Below are positions 9,487 through 18,309 of a DNA stretch of 64,000 nt, one piece after another. Below the pieces are notes generated by a model. That model ran no database searches and had not been told where the DNA came from. It worked only from the letters and a program-made list of their open reading frames with translations. Each line of letters begins with the position of its first letter. Positions within the stretch are counted from its first letter, which is position 1. The translations under genes were made by a program, and so were the position numbers. This DNA comes from Spirochaetia bacterium (lineage in GTDB: Bacteria; Spirochaetota; Spirochaetia; SZUA-6; Bin103), in the NCBI GenBank assembly GCA_965203515.1, contig OZ241907.1, forward strand, positions 989,730-1,053,729, in the 5' to 3' direction.

Positions 9487-11196
9487 ATGCGTACCGTCCC
9501 CGAATCGCAGAAGTTCATCATCGCCGATCACAATACCGTCACGGCCGCGGAGCTGCCGCCCTGCCCAAATCCGCGCGGCTGGTACCATTCGGTCGCCGGC
9601 ATCAAGGATACCGCCGACGGTCTGGTCGCCACCTACCGCCTGTCCGATTCGCACACCGCGGTCTCTACGCACGTCATGGTCGCCCGCTCGCGCGACGGCG
9701 GCCGGACCTGGTCGGAGCACCGCTCCATCTCGCGCCGCAACGTCTGGGAGCACCATGCCTGCTGGGTCGCGCCGCAGCTCAGCCGGCTTGCCGACGGGCG
9801 GTTGGTGATCATCTGCGACGAGGGCCACCGGTCGAGCGGCGCCGACTGGCCGCCCCTCACCCGCTGGCAGCAGCGCCCGCCGCGCGGCATGGCCAATCAC
9901 CTGTTCTGGAGCGATGACGACGGCGCCACCTGGAGCGACCCGGTGCGGATCGACGACGTCGGCGGCGAACCGGGCTATGTCACCGAGCTCGGCGACGGCA
10001 CGCTGCTCTACACCCGCACGGAGTCGGCCCGGTTCGCGGCGATGGATGACCCGCCGGAGCACTGGGGGGACATCTACTATCGCAACCGGGCGGTCGCCTC
10101 CACCGACGGCGGCCGCACCTGGACGCCGCGGGCGCTGGTGGCGGACGGCCCCTACCATGGCGACTGCGAGGTCGGCACCGTGGAGGTCGAGCCCGGCCAT
10201 CTGCTGGCGCTCACCCGCATCGGCTTCTGCGGCGGCCGGCTGGGCCAACCCAGCCGCATCGTCCGCAGCCGGGACGGCGGCCGCACCTGGGGAACGCCGG
10301 AGCTTTCGCCGATCTACGGGCAGCGCACCGTGGTCCGCAGGCTCCGCTCCGGCAAGCTGCTGGTCACCTACCGCAACCGCTGGGGGACGCCGGCGAGCTG
10401 CGCGTTCCTGTGGGACCCGGCCGAGACGCTCGGCTTCGAGCCGACCTCGTACCTCATCGAGCGGGACCGCTGTCGCCTGGAGGACGGCGTGATGGCGTGC
10501 GCGACCGCCGGCGGCCGCCGGCGCGAGGTGGAGTTCTCGCTCTACCCGGCGATCACCTCCAAGGCCGAGGCGACCCTGGAGGTCGACCTCCGCCGCGAGC
10601 GCGGCCCCGGCGCCGTGCTGCTGTCGGCCGGCTTCGGCGTGCGGATCGAGGACGGCTGCGTGCGTCTGGTGAAGTTCGCGACCGGGCGGCACGAGACCGG
10701 CTCCCTGCAGGAGGCGCGCCCGTGGCAGGGACGCGGCGCGGTCCGCGCCGACCTCGACACCGGCGCGTTCCGCCGCTACCGCCTGGAACGCACCCCCGAC
10801 GCCTGCCGGCTCCTGGTCGACGGACAGGTCGTGCTGGCCAGCGACGACCCCGACCTGCGGCAGCGCGTGGTCCGCTTCGGCGCCGGCGGCGAGCTGACGT
10901 CGCGGTGGCGCCGCGCGCAGGCGCGGGTGCGCAACCCGGACGACTACTCGATCGACTGGAGCTGGGACGGCGCGCGCGGGTTTCCCGACCAGTTCCAGCG
11001 CGACCGCGTGGTCGTGCTCGACTACACCGCCGACTCCGGCTACGGCGACTGGACCCAGCTCGACGACGGCGCCATCGTGGCGGCCGACTACTCCAGCGCG
11101 GACTTCCGTACCATAAACGCGGGCGGCCCGCAGCCGGTGCTGAAGGCGTTCCGCCTGACCGAGGAGGAACTGGCGCCGGCCGGAGGATCGCCGTGA
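9487..11196 (+). CDS. BNR-repeat exo-alpha-sialidase-like glycoside hydrolase
   Basis: Four Asp-box/BNR motifs (SRDGGRTW, SDDDGATW, STDGGRTW, SRDGGRTWG); start ATG MRTVPESQ at 9487. Confidence 0.7.
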   Translation: MRTVPESQKFIIADHNTVTAAELPPCPNPRGWYHSVAGIKDTADGLVATYRLSDSHTAVSTHVMVARSRDGGRTWSEHRSISRRNVWEHHACWVAPQLSRLADGRLVIICDEGHRSSGADWPPLTRWQQRPPRGMANHLFWSDDDGATWSDPVRIDDVGGEPGYVTELGDGTLLYTRTESARFAAMDDPPEHWGDIYYRNRAVASTDGGRTWTPRALVADGPYHGDCEVGTVEVEPGHLLALTRIGFCGGRLGQPSRIVRSRDGGRTWGTPELSPIYGQRTVVRRLRSGKLLVTYRNRWGTPASCAFLWDPAETLGFEPTSYLIERDRCRLEDGVMACATAGGRRREVEFSLYPAITSKAEATLEVDLRRERGPGAVLLSAGFGVRIEDGCVRLVKFATGRHETGSLQEARPWQGRGAVRADLDTGAFRRYRLERTPDACRLLVDGQVVLASDDPDLRQRVVRFGAGGELTSRWRRAQARVRNPDDYSIDWSWDGARGFPDQFQRDRVVVLDYTADSGYGDWTQLDDGAIVAADYSSADFRTINAGGPQPVLKAFRLTEEELAPAGGSP

Positions 11197-11221
11197 ACCG
11201 AGCGCGCTACGACCTCCCGTC

Positions 11222-11587
11222 GTGAGCCCCGCAGCCGCCGCCCCCTGCCCAGACGCACGCCGCGCGCGTTTCTTCAACACTGCGGGGCCGGTGGTGGCCG
11301 CCGATCACTACTGCATTCCGCCGCTGCAGCGGGTGAATCTGGGCCCGGCGCCCGAGACCATCCGCGCCGACGACCTGCAGTACGTGCGCGACCTGGGGCT
11401 GGTGGCGGTCGATCCGCCGGTGCGCATCGCAAATCCGATCTACCGGGAGGTCATTCCGCGCGCCATCACGTGGACGACCCAGGAGTTCCTGCCGCACGAC
11501 CCCGCCTGGTACGTGGAACCCGGCGCCGCTCTTCAGGCGCAGTCGGGATGGCCTTCGGTCCAGCGGCCGAACGGCACGTCGGTCTGA
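11222..11587 (+). CDS. hypothetical protein; possible orphan N-terminal gene fragment
   Basis: 121-aa ORF (FFNTAGPVVAADHY) in the convergent intergenic space; overlaps the 3' end of the PhyH gene. No clear family. Confidence 0.25.
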   Translation: MSPAAAAPCPDARRARFFNTAGPVVAADHYCIPPLQRVNLGPAPETIRADDLQYVRDLGLVAVDPPVRIANPIYREVIPRAITWTTQEFLPHDPAWYVEPGAALQAQSGWPSVQRPNGTSV

Positions 11588-12516
11588 CCGCCCTGGTTGA
11601 TCGTCGCCATGCGCGAGCGCGTCCGCAGCCAGCTCTCCCGCCACCGCCCGGCGTCGCGCAGCTCCAGGTGCGGGGCCTTGCGGCTGCGCGCGATGAAGCC
11701 GGGAAACGCCTCGCGGCCGGTGTGCTGGCCGATCGGGTTGTAGCGCAGGTCGAAGCTCCAGCGCACCTCCTCGCTGACGTTGGCCAGCGAGCCGTGCACG
11801 GTCTGCTTGTGGAGGCAGATCAGGTCGCCGCGCCGGGTCGGCAAGGGAATCGTCCTGTCGGTCTCGAACAGCTTCTCGGGGATGGTCCTGGTCCCCGGCC
11901 CGGTGTAGTCGAGGCAGTGCTGCAGCAGGCCGTTGCGATGGCTGCCGGGCACCACCTTGAGGCAGCCCATCTCCACCGGCGTGTCGGTGAGGCTGAACCA
12001 GACGGTGAGCATGTCGGTGTCGTCCGCCTCCGGGGTGACCACGCCGTGATCCTGGTGCCATTCCGTGGCGGCCAGCACCGGCTTGCCGCCGTTCTTCGGC
12101 AGGTACTGCTCCGGCGGCTTGATGCGCACGTGCTGCACGGGGTTGGAGTAGATCTCCGGCCCGATCAGCGCTTCGGCCACGTCCAGGATCGGCGCCGCGG
12201 TCAGGGCGTCGAGCACCGCCTGACCGGCCCAGAACGGCGTCCGCTCGGTCACGTTGCTGAACGGCAGCGAAAAGTCGAAGTACTGGGCGTGCGCGCGGCC
12301 GGTCTCCGCGTAGATCTTCGTGACCCGTCTGTCGAACGGCAGGTCGGCGTAGGTCGAATCGATCTCGCCATCGGCGCAGAGCTCGCCGGCAAGGCGGTCG
12401 AGCACGCCCTCATACTCCGCGATCACGGGGTCGAGATAGCGTTCCGGCGGAATGACGTCCTCCACCAGAAGATAGCCGTCGACGTGGAACCGCTCGATCT
12501 GCTGCGTTGTCAGCAT
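11533..12516 (-). CDS. phytanoyl-CoA dioxygenase (PhyH) family Fe(II)/2-oxoglutarate oxygenase
   Basis: PhyH-like HxD...H pattern (WHQDHG ... HGSLAN). Start MLTTQQIERFHV with AAAGGAGGA SD-like sequence; alternative ATG at 12534. Confidence 0.75.
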   Translation of the reverse strand: MLTTQQIERFHVDGYLLVEDVIPPERYLDPVIAEYEGVLDRLAGELCADGEIDSTYADLPFDRRVTKIYAETGRAHAQYFDFSLPFSNVTERTPFWAGQAVLDALTAAPILDVAEALIGPEIYSNPVQHVRIKPPEQYLPKNGGKPVLAATEWHQDHGVVTPEADDTDMLTVWFSLTDTPVEMGCLKVVPGSHRNGLLQHCLDYTGPGTRTIPEKLFETDRTIPLPTRRGDLICLHKQTVHGSLANVSEEVRWSFDLRYNPIGQHTGREAFPGFIARSRKAPHLELRDAGRWRESWLRTRSRMATINQGGQTDVPFGRWTEGHPDCA

Positions 12517-12749
12517 CGCATCCTCCTTTGGCATCAGCCGTCCTTGCGAGTACCGCCGCGGATCATGTGACAGGGGATTGCGTGTACGCAACCCCGTGCG
12601 CGTCCTTGGTGAGAATACGGACCGCAATGATACGCTGAAACATGCTCGACGAAGGGGACGGTCCGGTCGACGTGGTCGGAGCGGCGGCGGTGCTCGGCGT
12701 CGTCTATCGGCCCGAGGCGGTGGAGGTGGACGTTTCTCGGCGATCTTGA

Positions 12750-14138
12750 TTACCGGTCTACGCTTTCGGCAGCAGGGCTGAACGGAACCGGCGTCTGCCG
12801 ATCCTCGCCGGGGCGGCCGAATCCGGCGCCGACGTGGCGGTAGCGGTGATGGGCGGCGCACAGCAGGCGGAGATTGTTCGGCTCGGCGGCGCCGCCGCGG
12901 GCATACGGCACGACGTGATCGATCTGCAGCAGGTGTTGGGAGCCGCAGCGGCGCCCGCTGGTGCCGTCCACGTAACGGCAGCGGCCCCGGTCGCGCCGCC
13001 AGACCTCGCGCTTGACCGCCGCCGGGATGGCGCGGCCGGTCACGCCGCCGGCCTTCGCTGCCGAAGTTTCGGTCCGCGCAGGCGGCGCAGCCCGCGCCAC
13101 GCCCGCCGTCGCAGCCTGCCGGCCGGGGCGCCGCGTCTTCGCCGCCGAAGTGGTGTCGCCCGCCGGCTTCGCTGCCGAAGTGTCCGGGCTGTCAGCGGCT
13201 TCGTCTCCCGGCTGCGCCGGTGCCTGAGCCGATACCTTCGCCGCCGAAGGAGCGGCGCGGTCCGCGCCGGCCTCCTGCTTCGCTGCCGAGGCAGCGCCGC
13301 GAGCCGAGGCCGCCTGCGTCTTCGGCGCCGAAGTTTGCTCGGCCCCTTTGGCCGGCGCGGCGCGCCGCCCGCGCGGCGGCCGGGCCGGGTCGTGGCGGTC
13401 GAGCCCTTCCCGCACCAGCCGCGCCATGAGCTGCCCCAACGTCAGGTGCGGGTCAACGTGAGACAGGAGCCCCTTGAGCCGCTCCAAGCCGCGCCGGCAC
13501 TCATCGCCGATGGCCGCCTTGAGTTCCCAGCGCCCGCCGCCCAGGGGCCGCACCCGATCCGCCGACGCCGCCAGCTCCGGGTCCACCTCGGCCAGCAACT
13601 GCATCACCTGCCGGCTGCTCTTGCCGGACGCCTGCTCCACCAGCTCCCGCCGCGCCTCCAGGTCCAGTACCGGCGCCGGCGCCGGCTTCCGCTCCGCCGG
13701 CCGCTCCGGCGCCGAGCCGTCCTGCGACCGAGCGGCAGCCCCGAACCCGGCCCGCGGCGCGCTTCGCGCCGCCCGTTCCTTCCTGCGCTCCTGCCGGTCG
13801 AAGGCGTTCTGCAACTGCGCGGCCGCGTTCAGCGTCATCGAGCCATTCCGCAGGCGCTCGCGCACGCCGTCGACGTCCGCGCAGAGCCGCATCGCCTTGA
13901 TGCGCCGCCACGCTGCGGCGTCGCTGTAACCCAGCTCGCGCACCGCGTAGTCGAACAGGCTGGAGAACCCGCGGCGCAGATACAGGCGGCGCTTATGAAT
14001 CTCGCGCAGGTGGTCGATCACGACCACTTCGAGATGGTGTTCGATGCCGGACAGTTCCTTGGTTCGCTCCAGCAAGCGGTCGTCTGAGAGGGCGGAAACG
14101 GTAGTGGTGACGGCCCCGTCGGAAGCACGATTGTACAT
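12750..14138 (-). CDS. HNH endonuclease with DUF222-like N-terminal domain (REP13E12-type)
   Basis: C-terminal HNH motif CRYVDG...CGSQHLLQIDHVVPYARGG...NLRLLCAAHH; N-terminal DUF222-like region; central low-complexity SAAK repeats. Confidence 0.7.
   Translation of the reverse strand: MYNRASDGAVTTTVSALSDDRLLERTKELSGIEHHLEVVVIDHLREIHKRRLYLRRGFSSLFDYAVRELGYSDAAAWRRIKAMRLCADVDGVRERLRNGSMTLNAAAQLQNAFDRQERRKERAARSAPRAGFGAAARSQDGSAPERPAERKPAPAPVLDLEARRELVEQASGKSSRQVMQLLAEVDPELAASADRVRPLGGGRWELKAAIGDECRRGLERLKGLLSHVDPHLTLGQLMARLVREGLDRHDPARPPRGRRAAPAKGAEQTSAPKTQAASARGAASAAKQEAGADRAAPSAAKVSAQAPAQPGDEAADSPDTSAAKPAGDTTSAAKTRRPGRQAATAGVARAAPPARTETSAAKAGGVTGRAIPAAVKREVWRRDRGRCRYVDGTSGRRCGSQHLLQIDHVVPYARGGAAEPNNLRLLCAAHHRYRHVGAGFGRPGEDRQTPVPFSPAAESVDR
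13055..13340. repeat. intragenic imperfect tandem repeats (GCYGCCGAAG units, encoding SAAK on the minus strand)
   Basis: At least six copies of GC(T/C)GCCGA(A/G)G spaced about 30-50 nt apart inside the HNH gene. Confidence 0.6.
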
Positions 14139-14652
14139 GACATAAGTATAACCATGGAAACTACTTGAGTCAAGTTATTCGGCCCGGAAGATGCCACCTG
14201 CGGGCGTGAATCGGCGGCGCATTTCCAAGCGGATAGGCTGGACGTTCCGTCAGATGCTACTGCCGAGAATGTCGCCGGCGTCGAGCGGCAGGCTTTCTTA
14301 CGGCCCCAGGCGGCCTCGTCGATCGCGTAGTCGAGGAGGAGGTCGCAGGCGGTGGAAACGTCGCTCCAGCCGCAGGCGTCGAGCACGGCGCGGTCCATGG
14401 TGGCGTGCAGCGGTACTCGTAGTACGCCTTTCCGGCGGCTTCGAGGGCGGGATCGGTATCAACAATTTGGAAGTGCGCCCCTTTCGGGGGTGGGCGGGAG
14501 CGGCCGGCGGCCCCGGCGAATCCGATACCGGCCCGTACCCTTGGCCTTGGCAGGAACGTCCAACCGCCGCCCGCGGCCGCTCGTGTGCGTACTCGGCGCG
14601 TCTTGTGTGGTAGATCGCTCTGACAGCGACCTGTGCAATCAGTCCGATGTGG

Positions 14653-15007
14653 TCAGGTCAAGTCGAATCTAGCCGGAGCCCACACGACTTCCGCCAGTCT
14701 TTGATACAGCTTCTGCCGTTTATCGATGGTCGACTTGCTGAACGTCGGTTCAGCCTCAAACTGGAGGTCGTGCTTCTCGATGAGTCGACGGAAACTCGGA
14801 TTATTTTCATACGCCAGCGGATGAAGCGACCGAGCTAACGGGTTCTGTCCATGGTAATGTTTTACCTTTGTCGGGGTACGGCATATCGCCATAGCTGGCG
14901 TTGAAGTCCTTGGGAAGCAATAGCAATGCTCCCAGTCTGTTTCGGTGTTCCTGGAATTCCGATTCGGTCTGAAATTCGGTTCGGTGTTGGTCAAAGTGGT
15001 CGGCCAA
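14653..15007 (-). pseudogene. frameshifted C-terminal remnant of a DUF1524 (GmrSD-like HNH) endonuclease
   Basis: Frame A (14807-15007) encodes HRNRLGALLLLPKDFNASYGDMPYPDK, a DUF1524-like HNH core. The continuation IDKRQKLYQRLAEVVW lies in another frame (14653-14806). N-terminal DUF262 part is absent; local GC is low. Confidence 0.4.
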
Positions 15008-15099
15008 GACATGCTCGACTTCGGGAAGCCGGCACGCGGCTCAACCGCGACCTTGCAAGGTACGTCGTCCCGATCGCCGCTTTCTGCGGGGTAGCGGGG

Positions 15100-16143
15100 T
15101 CAGCGGCCGGGGCTGGTGGCGGGGCCGCGGCCGTATTCGTTGACGGGGTTGCGGTAGATCGAGTGGTAATGCCCGCCGGCGGCGCCGAGCGCGCCTTGGG
15201 TGGAGAACTCGATGAGCAGGGTCGGTCCCTGGATGCGGTAGTAGATGGCGCCCGAACCATCGGCCGGTCCGTGCCAGGCGAAGCGCACCTCGGCCAGTTC
15301 CGCTTCGATCTCGGCCAGCCGGCGTTGCGCCGCGGCCGGCGGCATGACGCCCACCCACAGGCCGATCAGGTCGATGAGCTGCCGCCGGTGGTGCGCCGAC
15401 CAGTCGCCGGCGCGGCTCCCTTCCGGCGGCGGTATCACGCCGTCGCGGCCGGCGCCGGCATACAACTCCCGCGGCCGGCTGCCCGCCAGGGCGGCGGTCC
15501 GGTGGCCGGCGGGCAGGGCGGCCAGCAGGGCGGCGCCGGCGGCGGCCCGGTCGCGCAGCGGCGCCAGCTCCAACCCATCCAGCGTGAACGTGGCCGGCTC
15601 GATGCCGATGAACGACGGCGACATGCTCATGGCGCCGCCGGTCACCGTGACGTTGAGTGCCAAGTGGTGGCCGCCGAACTGCCATTTCCAGTCGCCGCCG
15701 GCCACCGGATCGCCGAAGAAGGCGAGCCAGTAGTTGTCCGGGCTCCAGCCGAGGCGGGACGCCCGCGCATTGCCGGCAAGCACGGTCTCGGCCGCTATCA
15801 CCCCCTGCACCAGCTCGGCCCCCTGGGGACTCAGCGCCGCCGCCAGGTAGTCGAACAGGGCCGCTCGCTGAACGTCGTTCAAGTCACCGGCGCGCACCCC
15901 GTTGCGCGCGAACCGCACCATCCGCGCCGGCAGGTTCGACCAGTTGACGATGAGCGGGCTGGCCGCCGGCAGCACTGCCGTGCGCGCCTGCGCCGGGTCG
16001 AGCGTGCCGAGGAATCGGTTGGCGGCGGCCGCGGCGGCCATGATCTCGCCGCCAACGGAGGAATCGGCGGCCGCGCCGGGGGTGACCGACAGCAGGACGC
16101 CGGCGCCGAGCACGCCGGCGAGCGAACGGACCGAGCATGTCAT
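15100..16143 (-). CDS. secreted DUF3500-family protein
   Basis: Signal-peptide-like N-terminus (MTCSVRSLAGVLGAGVLLSV); remainder resembles DUF3500 proteins. Confidence 0.55.
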   Translation of the reverse strand: MTCSVRSLAGVLGAGVLLSVTPGAAADSSVGGEIMAAAAAANRFLGTLDPAQARTAVLPAASPLIVNWSNLPARMVRFARNGVRAGDLNDVQRAALFDYLAAALSPQGAELVQGVIAAETVLAGNARASRLGWSPDNYWLAFFGDPVAGGDWKWQFGGHHLALNVTVTGGAMSMSPSFIGIEPATFTLDGLELAPLRDRAAAGAALLAALPAGHRTAALAGSRPRELYAGAGRDGVIPPPEGSRAGDWSAHHRRQLIDLIGLWVGVMPPAAAQRRLAEIEAELAEVRFAWHGPADGSGAIYYRIQGPTLLIEFSTQGALGAAGGHYHSIYRNPVNEYGRGPATSPGR

Positions 16144-16217
16144 GCCCCGATTGTGCACGAAGCACGATCTGCTCACCGCCGCGCTGACGGCGCGGGACGG
16201 GTAGGGGGCCGGGCTGC

Positions 16218-17351
16218 TCAGAGGCGGGCGTCGAGCTCGGCCAGCGTGAAGCGGACGCTGACGATCGACTGCCGCTCGGCGCCGGGCCGGTACTTGACGT
16301 AGGCGGTGACCACGAAGGTGTCGTCGGGCAACCGCTCGATCGAGGAATACGAGCCGTCGACGCCGGCGTGGCTGGTCAGCAACCGCACCCGGTACGCTCC
16401 TTCGCGCCCGGCGAGGACGTCGTCGCAGGCGCCGACCCACAGCGACAGGTCGCCCCGTTCCGGGCAGCCGGGGGCCGTGTTGCGCATGCTCACCAGCAGG
16501 CGCCCGTCGCGGGCGTACCGGTGCCGGTGGCGGTCGCCGGTGAGCCCCAGCGGCAGCTCGCGCGGCCCGGACCAGGTTGCTCCCTCGTCATCGGAGGTGA
16601 TGAACAGCGACCGGCTGGTGTACTCCCAGCGGCCGGTGTTGTCGCGCAGCAGGCAGAGCAGCCGGCCGTCGGGCGAGCGGATCAGCTCCGGTTCGCCGGG
16701 GATGCGGGGCGGGCAGTCCAGGACGATGCGCCAGCGGCTCCAGGTCAGCCCGCCGTCAGAGGAGATGCTCTGCGCGATGCGGTTGCCCGCGTGCCCGCCC
16801 GGCGTCATGGGCATGCGGGCGTTCGGGTCCTCGCCGCGCCGGATGTTGCTGATCCCCAGCAGACGCGCGCCGCCGTCGATCGGGACGATCGAGCAGAACG
16901 GCATCACGCATTCCAGGCCGTTGGAGGCCATCGGCGTCCAGGTGCGGCCGCCGTCCTCCGAATGCGCCTGATGCATCGTGTTCTCCGGCCCGGCGCGAAG
17001 CTGCCGGCCGGCGCGCCCGGCGAACACCAGCAGGCGGGCGGTTCCCTGCGGGTCGGTGAGCCGGTAGATGGCGGGGCAGTTCTGGACCGTGCCCCAGCTT
17101 GCGGGTACCGGCAGCAGCCCGCTCCAGGTCAGCCCGCCGTCGGTGCTCTTCACGAGCGGCCCGCAACGCCCGCCGTGCTCGTAGCTGAACGCGCAGAACA
17201 TGGTCCTGCCGTCCGGCATCAGCACGGTCGTGGGGCTGCAGTAGTAGGTCTCCTCCGTGCCGGCGGCGACGATCACGTGGCGGTCGGACTCGTCGGACAG
17301 GTCGATCAGCGGTATGGGGAGCGCGGACCGGTTCGGAGACCGGCCGGTCAT
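16218..17351 (-). CDS. BNR-repeat sialidase-like glycoside hydrolase
   Basis: Asp-box motifs STDGGLTW, SEDGGRTW, SSDGGLTW, SDDEGATW; ATGA overlap with the upstream PhyH gene. Confidence 0.75.
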   Translation of the reverse strand: MTGRSPNRSALPIPLIDLSDESDRHVIVAAGTEETYYCSPTTVLMPDGRTMFCAFSYEHGGRCGPLVKSTDGGLTWSGLLPVPASWGTVQNCPAIYRLTDPQGTARLLVFAGRAGRQLRAGPENTMHQAHSEDGGRTWTPMASNGLECVMPFCSIVPIDGGARLLGISNIRRGEDPNARMPMTPGGHAGNRIAQSISSDGGLTWSRWRIVLDCPPRIPGEPELIRSPDGRLLCLLRDNTGRWEYTSRSLFITSDDEGATWSGPRELPLGLTGDRHRHRYARDGRLLVSMRNTAPGCPERGDLSLWVGACDDVLAGREGAYRVRLLTSHAGVDGSYSSIERLPDDTFVVTAYVKYRPGAERQSIVSVRFTLAELDARL

Positions 17352-18301
17352 GCCGGGTCGGTCATGCGGGGTCGGTCATGGGTGATCTCATCCTTGCCTC
17401 GTTGATAGCGGGCGACGTGATCGTTCCACGATCCGGGAACCGCCTGCGGGTCGGCGCTCCGCACCGGGAACGGCCGCAGCCGGCCGGCGGAGGCGCCGCA
17501 CTCGCGCAGGTAGGAGCGGGCCAGCCGGTCGGTCTCCGCGGTCGATCGCGCCGCGGGCGTCGGCAGGTAGCGCAGGTCGACGTTCCAGCGCACCGTGCGG
17601 GTGCGGTTCAGCTGGCTGCTGTGGTAGGTGAGGTTGGAGAAGACCGCCAGGTCGCCCCGGCGCATGACGAGCGGCTCCGGCGTGCCGCGCTCGATGACGT
17701 CCCGAGCGCTGCGCATGTTGCCGGCCTCGTCACGCGCGCCGTCCTGCAGTCCCCAGCGATGGCTGCCGGGGATCACCCACAGACAGCCGTTGCGCTCATC
17801 CACGTCGACCAGCGGCACCCACGCGGTGACGATGCGCAGCCGGTGCGTCGGGACGCGCGTGGCGCTGTTGAAGTACTGCGCGTCCTGATGCCAGTGGAAG
17901 TGCCGCAGCCGGTTGTCGGCGAACGTCTGCGGCAGCTTGCAGCGGATGTGGAAGCTCCACAGGTACGTGATCTCCGGGCCCAGGAGCGCTTCCAGCACGT
18001 CGAGCACCGCCGGGCAGACGGCGATGCGGAAGAACTCCTCGGTCCGGGCAAGCCGGCCCCAGGCGACCGGCAGGTCGAGCCGGCCGGTCGGGTCGAGGTC
18101 GGCGAGCCGCGTCAGGAACGGGCTGCCGCGGCAGGCGTCGGCGATCTTTCCATCGCGCAGGAGGCGCTCGGCCAGATCGCCGACCGCCCGTTCCAGCAGG
18201 CCGGTCGCCGGCCGGAGCACCTCCCTCGATACGGCGCCGGGCACGATGACGTACCCCTGGCGCTCGTAGCGGTCGAGCAGCGTTGCGGCCGGCGTCGGCA
18301 T
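17348..18301 (-). CDS. PhyH-family dioxygenase
   Basis: HWHQDAQ ... H motifs; start MPTPAATLLDRYERQGYVIVPG; translationally coupled to the downstream sialidase. Confidence 0.75.
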   Translation of the reverse strand: MPTPAATLLDRYERQGYVIVPGAVSREVLRPATGLLERAVGDLAERLLRDGKIADACRGSPFLTRLADLDPTGRLDLPVAWGRLARTEEFFRIAVCPAVLDVLEALLGPEITYLWSFHIRCKLPQTFADNRLRHFHWHQDAQYFNSATRVPTHRLRIVTAWVPLVDVDERNGCLWVIPGSHRWGLQDGARDEAGNMRSARDVIERGTPEPLVMRRGDLAVFSNLTYHSSQLNRTRTVRWNVDLRYLPTPAARSTAETDRLARSYLRECGASAGRLRPFPVRSADPQAVPGSWNDHVARYQRGKDEITHDRPRMTDPA

Positions 18302-18309
18302 GGAATCCG

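Noticed and set aside
9442-11280. 612-aa minus-strand ORF opposite the sialidase gene
   Set aside because: Antisense shadow. BNR motifs are on the plus strand only.
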